From an uncultured bacterium (GTDB taxonomy: Bacteria; Krumholzibacteriota; Krumholzibacteriia; JAJRXK01), in assembly GCA_964601275.1 (NCBI GenBank), contig CAZRMV010000001.1, positions 343,834 to 407,833 on the forward strand: a stretch of 64,000 bases of DNA, given 5' to 3'. The notes below the pieces were generated by a model that was given only the letters and a program-made list of their open reading frames with translations, had not been told where the DNA came from and searched no databases. The stretch's first letter is position 1. Each line of letters opens with the position of its first letter. This document shows, in pieces, positions 30,017-38,462 of this stretch. The translations under genes and the position numbers were made by a program.

Positions 30017-31102
30017 ATGAGCGATCACCCCCGTCTCTTCCTGCCCGGTCCGGTGGAGATCGCCGAGGAGGTGGCCCGGGCCGGCGCCACCCCGATGATC
30101 GGCCATCGCGGCCCGGAGATCACCGAATTGCTGCGAGCCACCATGGAATGGACCGCCCGGATGCTGCACACCCGGTGCTTGGTGTTCCCATTGCCCTGTT
30201 CGGCGACCGGGGCGATGGAAGGCGCGATCCGCAACCTGCCGGAAGGACCTGTCCTCCACCTGGTGTGCGGTGCCTTCTCGAAGCGGTGGTCGCAGATCCG
30301 GGCCGCCAGTGGAATGGAGGGCGAGGAACTGGAGTTCCCCTGGGGACAGGCGGTCGACCCGGACGCGGTGCGCGATGCCCTGCGCCGGCAGCGCTACGAG
30401 GCGGTGACCCTGGTGCACAACGAGACCTCGACCGGGGTGATCAATCCTCTGGGGGAGATCGCCGCGGTGGTGCGCGAAGAGAGCGACGCTCTGCTGTTGG
30501 TCGACACCGTCTCCTCGATGGCCGCGGTCGAACTGCACCTGGACGAGTGGGGGATCGACCTGTGCCTGGCGGGTTCGCAGAAGGCCTGGGCACTCCCTCC
30601 CGGTCTCAGCCTGGTGAGCGTCTCGTCCCGCGCGCTCGAGCGCAGCGCCCGAGCCCGCAGCCGGGGATTCTACTTCGACTGGACCCGCCACGCGGCGGCG
30701 ATGGAGAAGGGACAGACCCCGACCACTCCCCCCATCTCCCTGCTCTTCCAGTTGCAGCGGCAGCAGGAGCGCATGGACGAAGAGGGTCTTTCCCGGCGCT
30801 ACGCGCGGCACCGCGCCCTGCGGGACCGGGTCCTCCAGTGGGCGGAGGGCCGCTTTTCTCCCTTCGCCGCCGAGGGATACCGCTCGCCCACCCTCAGCGC
30901 GCTCCACGCCGGCCCGGTCGACGTGTCCCGCTGGCTCGAAGCGGTGAAGCGGAGGGGCTTCGTGGTGGGCGCGGGCTACGGTCCCACCCGGGGCGAACTC
31001 TTCCGCATCGGACACATGGGCGAGACCACCCTGGAGCAGTTGGAGCAGTGCCTGTCCGTCCTGGACGAGGAACACCGCAAGCTGGAGGGAGGAGGGGCAT
31101 GA
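30017..31102 (+). CDS. class V (AGXT/SGAT-type) pyridoxal-phosphate aminotransferase
   Basis: MSDHPRLFLPGPVEI start with GGAGG ~12 nt upstream; an ATG at 30008 overlapping the upstream stop is an alternative. GPVLHLVCGAFSKRW, TLVHNETSTGVINPL and SQKAWALPPGLS are AGXT-family motifs. Confidence 0.8.
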   Translation: MSDHPRLFLPGPVEIAEEVARAGATPMIGHRGPEITELLRATMEWTARMLHTRCLVFPLPCSATGAMEGAIRNLPEGPVLHLVCGAFSKRWSQIRAASGMEGEELEFPWGQAVDPDAVRDALRRQRYEAVTLVHNETSTGVINPLGEIAAVVREESDALLLVDTVSSMAAVELHLDEWGIDLCLAGSQKAWALPPGLSLVSVSSRALERSARARSRGFYFDWTRHAAAMEKGQTPTTPPISLLFQLQRQQERMDEEGLSRRYARHRALRDRVLQWAEGRFSPFAAEGYRSPTLSALHAGPVDVSRWLEAVKRRGFVVGAGYGPTRGELFRIGHMGETTLEQLEQCLSVLDEEHRKLEGGGA

Positions 31103-32103
31103 GCGATTCCTCCCGTCGCTTCGCCGGAGAACGCGTGGTGATCCTCGAACCCATCGATGCCGCCGCGCGCACCCTGATGGAAGACGCCGGCCTGGAGGTG
31201 GTCGATCTCTCCGCGCGGCACGAGGCTGCCGATGCGACGCGGCCGAAGGACGGGCCCGCAGCAGCCGGTCCACCGCGCGCCGAACTCCTGGAGAAGGCCA
31301 CCGCGGTGATCGTCCGCAGCGGCACCCGGGTCGATCGCGCCTTCCTCGACCGCACCCCCCGCTTGAAGGTGGTGGCGCGGGCGGGCAGCGGACTGGACAA
31401 CGTCGACCTGGAGGAGACCGATCGCCGGGGCATCGCGGTGGTGAACGCGGCGGGCAGCAACGCCCTGGCCGCGGCCGAGCATACCTTCGCTCTCCTTCTG
31501 GCGCTCTTGCGGCACATCGTGCCCGCCCATCGGCATCTCGAAGAGGGAGGGTGGGAGCGATCCCGCTTCGTGGGAACCGAGCTGGCGGGCAAGACCCTCG
31601 GTCTGATCGGCGTCGGTCGCATCGGACGCCTGGTGGCGGCGCGGGCCCTGGCCTTCGACATGCGGGTGCTCGCCAGTGATCCGCTGCTCGAGGAAGCGAC
31701 CGCGCGCGAACTCGGGGTGACGCGGTGCGAACTCGACGCACTCCTGGAGAACGCCGACGTGGTGAGCCTGCATCTGCCGCTCACTCCCCAGACCCGCCGA
31801 TTCCTGGCCGAAGAAGAGTTGGGCCGCCTGCGACCGACTGCGGTGCTGGTCAACGCGGCCCGCGGGGGCCTGGTCGACGAAGCGGCCCTGGCCCGCGCCC
31901 TCGAGGAGGGGCGGTTGGCCGGAGCGGCGCTGGACGCCTTCGAAGAGGAGCCGCCCCCGCCGGATCACCCGCTGTTGCACCGCGACGACGTGGTGCACAC
32001 CCCGCACCTGGGGGCCTCCACCGTCGAGGCGGCCCAAAGGGTCGGCGCCCAGACGGTGCGGGCCCTGCTGCGCGCCCTGGAGGACTGGGCGGAAAGGTCC
32101 TAG
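31099..32103 (+). CDS. D-isomer-specific 2-hydroxyacid dehydrogenase (hydroxypyruvate/glycerate/phosphoglycerate dehydrogenase-like)
   Basis: ATG overlaps the upstream stop (ATGA). NAD-binding GKTLGLIGVGRIGRLVA; catalytic region LVNAARGGLVDEAAL; HLGAST. Confidence 0.85.
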   Translation: MSDSSRRFAGERVVILEPIDAAARTLMEDAGLEVVDLSARHEAADATRPKDGPAAAGPPRAELLEKATAVIVRSGTRVDRAFLDRTPRLKVVARAGSGLDNVDLEETDRRGIAVVNAAGSNALAAAEHTFALLLALLRHIVPAHRHLEEGGWERSRFVGTELAGKTLGLIGVGRIGRLVAARALAFDMRVLASDPLLEEATARELGVTRCELDALLENADVVSLHLPLTPQTRRFLAEEELGRLRPTAVLVNAARGGLVDEAALARALEEGRLAGAALDAFEEEPPPPDHPLLHRDDVVHTPHLGASTVEAAQRVGAQTVRALLRALEDWAERS

Positions 32104-32115
32104 ACCTGGGAGTTC

Positions 32116-34179
32116 CTACCAGCTCAGGAAGTACAGGTCGGCGTCGACCGGCTCCATCTCGAGGAGGGCGGTGCCCTCTGGGTAGAAGTCGACGGGGACG
32201 TCGCTCAGGCCGTGACGGTGCCACAGCAGGCGCAGGTCGTAGGGGAGGTCCTCCCGCGCCTCGAAGGTGATGGCCACCCGGCGGTGGGCCGAGTCCTTCA
32301 CCGGGGGGAAGCGGAAGTAGCTGCGGTGCAGGTCACCGGGAATCTTCGTGTCCACGTCGTAGCGGGCGGCCAGGTTGCTCCAGCGATCGCCCTGCTGCAT
32401 CCAGATGCGCAGGCGCAGGGGCACGGTCACATTCTTCGCCTTCGTGCGCCAGCGCACCGCGAATCCCTCCAGGTCGCGGTCGCCGACGAGCAGGGTCTGG
32501 CCGATCTCGAAATCGTGGCGCAGGGCCGGGCTTTCCCCGTTGGCCACGGTCTGCTCGACGTCGGGCAGGCGCGCAGGCAAGGGAAGCTCGTCGAGTTTCT
32601 CCCGCGGGCCGAGGCGCTCCAGGATCCGCAGCTTGACCGGCGCCTGGACCAAGTTGCCCCGCACCCGGTAGTGTTCGCGCAGGTGGTCCCAGCAACCGGG
32701 GGCGAGCTGGCCGATGCGCCGTCCGGGAAAGTCCCAGGACAGGCCCAGCAGCACCACTTCGGGAGCGGCCTGCTCCAGTTGCCGGGCGAGGGCGTTGGGA
32801 TGCCGGATGCGCTCGGGCAGCAAGAGGGTCTGGGGCAGTGCGGGCGGAGCCTGCAGGAGGAAGTTGAGCCCCGGCGACGCGGGCCAGGCCAGAAGGGGTT
32901 CTCCCCGGGTCGTCACCGCCTCGGGCAGGGCCTTGTGCAGCCGGTGCAGGGCGTTGAGGGTTCCCGTGGAGAGCGCCACCCCCGCCGTGGGTCCCTTCCA
33001 CCACCGCAGGCCCGGGCGGTGGGGATGGGTGAGCAGCCAGCCGTTCTCGGCGAGGGAAGGGCCCCACAGGAGGACCACCGCCAGGCCCGCCCAGGCCAGG
33101 CGTCCTCCCGGGCCCGGTGCCTCCTTCTTCGGCTCCCTCCGCCCGGTGGGGAACGATCCCCGGCCCAGCAGCAGCGGCAGGAAGACGAGCGCGCCCAGCC
33201 AGGCGGTGTCCACGAAACGGGCGTCGCCGCGCAGGATGATTCCCACCCAGGGGGCGAGGGCCACGATCAGCAGGGGTCGCGCGGACGGCCCCCAGCGCGC
33301 GCGGCGGCGCCAGGCCCATCCGCCGATCCCCGCCAGCAGGAAAAGACGCAGGCGCCAACTCCAGGTGCGCAGGCTCGCCGCGGCGGGCAGGATGGGCGGA
33401 AGCTCTTCGCCGGTCTTCAGGAGGGTGAAGGGCGAGGGCGCGTTCTCGGCGGTGACGAAGGTGTGCAGCAGGCGGGTGGGGGGAACGCGCTCGATCTGGT
33501 CGCCGAGGCGGGCGGCCCAGCCTCCGCCCACCTGGTCGAGCGCGGCGGGCAGGGTGCCGCTTCCCAGGCCCGCGGCCAGGGTCGCCAGCAGGGGTAGGGT
33601 GGCGGCGGTGCGGAAGAGCCGGGGCCGGCGGGTCGGGGGGGCGAAGATGGCCAGCAGCAGCACCAGCCCGAGGGCGTCCATGCCGCCGAGGGCGGCCAGG
33701 GCGGCCAGCAACCCGGCCAGGACGATCGCGCCCCGACGCGCGGCGCCGGCGAGGAGCACCGCGGCCCAGAGTGCCAGGGTGAAGCGGGGAGGGAAGGGTC
33801 CCAGGGCCAGCACGCCCACCGGCGCGAGCCCGGCCCAGCGCCCGGCGCCCAGGCGGCGCGCGCCGACCAGGAGCGCTCCGGCGGCGAGCCCATCGAAGGC
33901 GGCTTCCAGAAGAGCCAGGCTGGCCACCCGGGTGCCCGCCATCGCGAAGACGAGCCACAGCAGGTGGGCGTCCAGGGGACCCTGGCGGGTGAAGATCTCC
34001 CGGTAGAGATGACCGCCCTGCTCCAGCACCCAGGCGCAGAGCAGCCACTGTCCCTCCTCGAGCAGGTCGAGGCCCTGGCGGCGCAGGCCCAGGGAGAGGG
34101 CGAAGACCGCCAGGGCGGCCGCCGCGGCGAGGAGACCCTCGCGCCCCGAGGACGATGTTCTCGCCGGAGAAGGTTTCAT
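32116..34179 (-). CDS. polytopic integral membrane protein with C-terminal soluble domain; possible GT-C-fold glycosyltransferase
   Basis: The 960-aa ORF 32116..34998 has a low-complexity, R/G/P-rich N-terminal 273 aa that overlaps the GT4 gene. A plausible start is MKPSPARTSS at 34177-34179, whose ATG overlaps the GT4 stop (ATGA). About 9-10 TM helices, then a ~330-aa soluble domain. No family assigned. Confidence 0.5.
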   Translation of the reverse strand: MKPSPARTSSSGREGLLAAAAALAVFALSLGLRRQGLDLLEEGQWLLCAWVLEQGGHLYREIFTRQGPLDAHLLWLVFAMAGTRVASLALLEAAFDGLAAGALLVGARRLGAGRWAGLAPVGVLALGPFPPRFTLALWAAVLLAGAARRGAIVLAGLLAALAALGGMDALGLVLLLAIFAPPTRRPRLFRTAATLPLLATLAAGLGSGTLPAALDQVGGGWAARLGDQIERVPPTRLLHTFVTAENAPSPFTLLKTGEELPPILPAAASLRTWSWRLRLFLLAGIGGWAWRRRARWGPSARPLLIVALAPWVGIILRGDARFVDTAWLGALVFLPLLLGRGSFPTGRREPKKEAPGPGGRLAWAGLAVVLLWGPSLAENGWLLTHPHRPGLRWWKGPTAGVALSTGTLNALHRLHKALPEAVTTRGEPLLAWPASPGLNFLLQAPPALPQTLLLPERIRHPNALARQLEQAAPEVVLLGLSWDFPGRRIGQLAPGCWDHLREHYRVRGNLVQAPVKLRILERLGPREKLDELPLPARLPDVEQTVANGESPALRHDFEIGQTLLVGDRDLEGFAVRWRTKAKNVTVPLRLRIWMQQGDRWSNLAARYDVDTKIPGDLHRSYFRFPPVKDSAHRRVAITFEAREDLPYDLRLLWHRHGLSDVPVDFYPEGTALLEMEPVDADLYFLSW

Positions 34180-35294
34180 GGCCGGGCGGACTCTCCGTCG
34201 ATCTCCCGGTACACTTGGAGGGTGCGTTCGATGGTTCTTCGCACGTCGAAGTGCTCGCGCACCCGGCGGCGCCCTGCTTCCCCGAAGTTCCGGCGTCGTG
34301 CCGGATCGCGCAACAGCGAGGCCATCGCCTGGGCCAAGCCCTCGACGTCGCCGACCGGCACGAGCAGGCCGGTCTCCTCGTGCACCACCGCGTCGGGGAT
34401 GCCCCCGGCGCGGGTGGCCACCACCGCCAGGCCCAGGGCCATCGCGTCGAGGATGGCCGTGCCCAAACCTTCCAGTTTGGAAGAGAGCACGAAGAGATCG
34501 AAGCAGAGCATCTTCTCCAGGATGTGCCGGCTGAACCCGGGCAGGGACACCCGCTCGTCGAGTCCCAGCTCGCTGCGCAAGGCCTCCAGGCGGGGCCGCT
34601 CGCTGCCTTCGCCCAGGATCACCAGGTGGGCGTCCACTCCCATACGCCGCAGCCGGGCGAAGGAGCGCAGCAGGGCCACCTGGTCCTTGTGGTCGGCCAG
34701 GGCGGCCACGCTGCCCACCAGGGCGCGGCCCTCGGGCAGGCCCAGCCTGGCGCGCCATTCCTCGTCGGCTGACAGGCCCTCGAAGCGCCGCAGGTCGACC
34801 CCGCTGGGAACGCGCCGGATGCGCGCGGCGGGCACTCCGGCCTCGCGCAGTACCGTCTCCACCTGCGAGCTGATGGCCAGGTAGCAGTCGACGCGCCGGC
34901 TGAGGTACTTGCGTTGTCCCGCCGCGTCCTTGCCCACCGCGAAGTCCACCCGGCGGGAGACGACCAGGGGGAAGCGGCCGCGCAGGTGCGAGGCCCACAG
35001 GGCCAGCGAATGCGCGTGCGAGGTGTGGGCGTGCACGATGGCCCCCTCCCGGCGAGCGCGCCCGCCCAGCCTCCAGGCCGCCACCGGATCGAAGCCTCCG
35101 CGCTGGGGCAGGGCCCAGAAGGGGAGCGAGTGTTCACGCAGTCGCTCGGCGAAGGCACTGTCGGGAGGGCACACCACCAGCGAGTCCACTCCCTGCTCGA
35201 GCAGGCCCTCGTGCAGGTAGAGCACCTGCTGCTCGCCGCCCCGCCAGCTGCGGGCGTCGTCGAGGTGGAGGATCTTCTGGCCTTCGGTGCTCAT
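34176..35294 (-). CDS. GT4-family glycosyltransferase
   Basis: 372 aa. N-terminal domain with acceptor-binding-like HLDDARSWRGGEQQV. C-terminal donor-binding GT4 signature FVLSSKLEGLGTAILDAMALGLAVVATRAGGIPDAVVHEETGLLV (EX7E-type). Confidence 0.85.
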   Translation of the reverse strand: MSTEGQKILHLDDARSWRGGEQQVLYLHEGLLEQGVDSLVVCPPDSAFAERLREHSLPFWALPQRGGFDPVAAWRLGGRARREGAIVHAHTSHAHSLALWASHLRGRFPLVVSRRVDFAVGKDAAGQRKYLSRRVDCYLAISSQVETVLREAGVPAARIRRVPSGVDLRRFEGLSADEEWRARLGLPEGRALVGSVAALADHKDQVALLRSFARLRRMGVDAHLVILGEGSERPRLEALRSELGLDERVSLPGFSRHILEKMLCFDLFVLSSKLEGLGTAILDAMALGLAVVATRAGGIPDAVVHEETGLLVPVGDVEGLAQAMASLLRDPARRRNFGEAGRRRVREHFDVRRTIERTLQVYREIDGESARP

Positions 35295-35483
35295 CGGTGC
35301 GGGTGTCCTCGACCGGATGGGTGGTTGGGGAATCCAGAGTGGAGAATCAAACGCGGGGATTCTACCTCCGATTCCATCGGGGGTCAGGTGGCGTCTTCAG
35401 CACCCGGGCACTTGCGGTGGGGCTTTGCCTGCTCTGCGGCATTGGGTACACTGGGGGCACACGATTTCGAGGGAAGACGCCCC

Positions 35484-36425
35484 ATGGAGAGCCCGTTGCC
35501 CGCGCCAGCGCCCACCATCATCTTCAACCCCGCCGCGGGTTCGTCGGTGCGACGGATCGAGGCCGCTCGGCTGCGCCGTGTGCTGCGTGAAGAAGGTCTG
35601 CCCATGCACTGGCTGCAGACCGAGACGGACCGCGACGCCGATACGTTGCTCCGGGAAGACCGGGGGGAAGGCCCGGTGGTGGTGATCGGAGGCGACGGAA
35701 CCGTGCAACGGGCGGCCAAGGTGCTGGCGGGAAGCGAGCGGCCGTTGGTGATCGTTCCCTCGGGCACCGGCAACGTGATGGCCCTGCGCCTGGGCATTCC
35801 CATGGGCCTGCGCCGCGCCCTGCGCCTGGTGCGCGACGGGGTCCCCCGCCGGGTCGACGTGGGCCGTAGCGGGGGCGAGCCCTTCCTGCTCGCCATCGGG
35901 GGAGGCTTCGACGGACACCTCATCCGCGAGGCCGGGCGGGAACTCAAAAAGGTCCTGGGCAAATCGGCCTACGTGCTGGGCGCCGCCAAGCACCTGCCGA
36001 TCAACCACCACCACTTCCACATCACCGTCGACGGCGAGGAGATGGAGACCGAGGCGGCCTCGGTGATGGTGGCCAACTTCGGCACCCAGATGGGGGCGTG
36101 GATCTTCCCCCCGGAGGCCCAGGGCCGGGACGGGCTGCTCGATGTGGCGATCATCCGGGCGAGGACCTTCGAGCAGGTGGTGGGCCTGGTGGCATCTTCC
36201 CTGGGCGCGCCGCCGCGCCCGGAGGGTGGGCTCAGCCTGTTGCAGGGACGACGGGTCACGGTGCGCTGCGACCAGCCGATCCCGGTCCAGCTCGATGGGG
36301 ACGACCAGGGAGACCGGGAGTCCTTCGAGGCCCGGATCGAGCCGGCGGCGCTGCGGGTGCTCGTGCCCCGCCGGCCCCGGCCCAGCACCACCCTCGCCTG
36401 GCCTCCGCGCCTGGATTGGCCCTAG
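35484..36425 (+). CDS. diacylglycerol-kinase catalytic-domain lipid kinase (DagK/YegS family)
   Basis: Start MESPLPAP within ORF 34914..36425. DAGK_cat motifs IIFNPAAGS, VVVIGGDGTVQRAAKVL and VIVPSGTGNVMAL. Confidence 0.8.
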   Translation: MESPLPAPAPTIIFNPAAGSSVRRIEAARLRRVLREEGLPMHWLQTETDRDADTLLREDRGEGPVVVIGGDGTVQRAAKVLAGSERPLVIVPSGTGNVMALRLGIPMGLRRALRLVRDGVPRRVDVGRSGGEPFLLAIGGGFDGHLIREAGRELKKVLGKSAYVLGAAKHLPINHHHFHITVDGEEMETEAASVMVANFGTQMGAWIFPPEAQGRDGLLDVAIIRARTFEQVVGLVASSLGAPPRPEGGLSLLQGRRVTVRCDQPIPVQLDGDDQGDRESFEARIEPAALRVLVPRRPRPSTTLAWPPRLDWP

Positions 36426-38224
36426 TCGCCGGTTGCTTCCAGCGCCAGGGGACGTCCCCGCACCGCGTGGTAGAGCTGCTGGAAGAGCAGGACCAGGCGT
36501 TGCGCGGTCGGGGGACGTTCCTCGTGTTCGAGGATGTAGTGGAGGAAGGCCTGGGCGTTCTCGTCGAGCGATTCGGGGGGAATGGGCAGGAGATCGGGGT
36601 CGTACACGAATTCCCGTCGGGTTCCCGATCCGCCCACCACCCACAGGTCGTGCAGGGCCCGCTGGAATTGCCCGGCCGCGACAGCGACCAGGGCGGAATA
36701 GAAGCGCGCGTTGGCCAGGTCGCCCCAGAAGCGCAGGCGCGGTCCGCCGTCGTCGAAGAGGACCAGGCTGTCTCCCCGCAGACCGTCGAGATGGCTGTCC
36801 CATCGCACCGCGACCCCTGAAGGTGCCATGACCGATAGGCCCACCGGCCCGTCGATGGCGGCGTAGACCTGCGAGTTGAGGCGCTGGGCCTGGGCCGCGG
36901 GGATCTGGCGGGGCCAGTTGGTGTAGGTGGCGGCCAACACGGCCAGGGTCTGCCCCTCCTGCAGGGGCAGGCTGCGCACCAGGTGGTGCACCTCGTAGGC
37001 GATGGCGCTGCGCCGGGCAAGGGGATCGCGCAGAAGACCTCCCGCGTCGCGGGCGGTGAGCTTCTGCTGGGTGGTGGAAAAGCCCAGCAGGGCCACCACC
37101 ACTGCCGCCGTTCCCAGCGCCCATCGGCCTCGCCGCCCCCCTCCCTGCGCCGAGGGCCACAGCAGTTCCACCGCCCTGCCCACCGTCCAGCCCCAACCAG
37201 CCACCGCGGCCAGGAGATAGTAGGGCTGCAGGTGCCGCAGCAGGGGCAGCACCGCGGCCAGGCTGAGCAGCGACCAACCCCACCACCACAGGGCCACCCG
37301 CTCCCCCTTTCGCCATCTCCAGGCGGCGAAGGCCAGCCAGGCGACCCACAGCCCCAGGCCCAGGGTGGGCAGAGCCGGGGTGCTCACCGGAGCGAAGCCG
37401 GTGACCGAAGCCAGCCAGGCGCCCAGGACCCCGAGGTTCATCGCAATCAATCGGACGCCGCCCAGGGCGTAGGGATCGTAGGAGGTGCTAGGCCCCATGG
37501 CCCGCCAGACGAGGGTGCCCGCGGCGATCGAGCCCAGGGCGATCACCGCGAGGGCTCCGGCGGCCAGGCGGGGATTCCGGGCCTTCCGCGGCGCGCGGGT
37601 TCCCGGCGCCGGGGTCCCTTCCGGCGAGCCCGAAGCCGCCGGCCGGAGGGGATCCACCCCGGTCCACAGCGCCAGCATCACCGGCAGGGCCACCAGGGCG
37701 CTCTCCTTGGTGAAGACCGAGAGCAGGGCCAGCGCCACCGCGGCTGCGGCCGATCCGGCCCGGGGGGACATCCACCGCTCCAGGGCGGCCAGGGAGAACA
37801 GGGTGGCGAAGATCTCCGCCGAGGCGCTGGCCCAGAACACCGGGATCGTCACCGCCGGGGTCGCCGCCGCGACCAGCCCGGCCACCCCGGCGCCCAGGGG
37901 GCCGAGTCCGGTGCGGCGGGCCAGGCGGTAGACCAGCATACTGGCCGCTGCCCAGGCCACCAGGGCCGCGGCGTGCCAGGCCGCCGCCTGCAGATCGAGG
38001 AGGAGATGGCCCAACCCGAAGCCCAGGATCCTCGAGACCGGCCGGGCCAGGTCGCTCCCCAGGGCGAGGCGACCGGTCGCCCGCGCCAGGTGGGGCCAAT
38101 CGTCCTGGAGGAAGTAGCCCCGCAGGGCGGGAAGGTGCGAGACCACCGCGCTCAAGGCGATCAGTGCCCCGAACCCGGGCCCTCCCCGGGTGGTCTCAGA
38201 ACGAACTGCAGAGGGGTTGGTCAT
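36422..38224 (-). CDS. polytopic membrane protein, GT-C-fold (GT39/GT83 ArnT/PMT-like) glycosyltransferase candidate
   Basis: Start at MTNPSAV within ORF 36422..38257. Many TM helices; first-loop acidic motif YFLQDDWPHLARA and FTKESALVALP resemble PMT/ArnT family loops; C-terminal soluble domain. Confidence 0.5.
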   Translation of the reverse strand: MTNPSAVRSETTRGGPGFGALIALSAVVSHLPALRGYFLQDDWPHLARATGRLALGSDLARPVSRILGFGLGHLLLDLQAAAWHAAALVAWAAASMLVYRLARRTGLGPLGAGVAGLVAAATPAVTIPVFWASASAEIFATLFSLAALERWMSPRAGSAAAAVALALLSVFTKESALVALPVMLALWTGVDPLRPAASGSPEGTPAPGTRAPRKARNPRLAAGALAVIALGSIAAGTLVWRAMGPSTSYDPYALGGVRLIAMNLGVLGAWLASVTGFAPVSTPALPTLGLGLWVAWLAFAAWRWRKGERVALWWWGWSLLSLAAVLPLLRHLQPYYLLAAVAGWGWTVGRAVELLWPSAQGGGRRGRWALGTAAVVVALLGFSTTQQKLTARDAGGLLRDPLARRSAIAYEVHHLVRSLPLQEGQTLAVLAATYTNWPRQIPAAQAQRLNSQVYAAIDGPVGLSVMAPSGVAVRWDSHLDGLRGDSLVLFDDGGPRLRFWGDLANARFYSALVAVAAGQFQRALHDLWVVGGSGTRREFVYDPDLLPIPPESLDENAQAFLHYILEHEERPPTAQRLVLLFQQLYHAVRGRPLALEATGD

Positions 38225-38462
38225 GGTTTCTTCCGGGGTTTTCGGCCCGATCCGCATCGACCTTCCGGCCGTGGCCTCCGGCGGTGGGGCGGGCCGATGG
38301 TAGTCGCAAACCCCGGGGTCCGACAGGCCGAATTGGTCCGGAGGGCCCTACCACCGATTGACAAGCGGCCGGGGTCGGGGGCATCTTCTGCCGGTCGATT
38401 CCCCACGGAACGTGACGGCAAACAGGCCAATCGACCCTTCCTTCCTGATTCCAGGAGTCACC

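Noticed and set aside
32116-34998. N-terminal 273 aa of the 960-aa ORF (coordinates 34180-34998)
   Set aside because: This extension is R/G/P low-complexity and lies entirely inside the GT4 gene on the same strand in another frame. A sensible ATG at 34177-34179 overlaps the GT4 stop and begins the hydrophobic membrane protein, so I trimmed the call.
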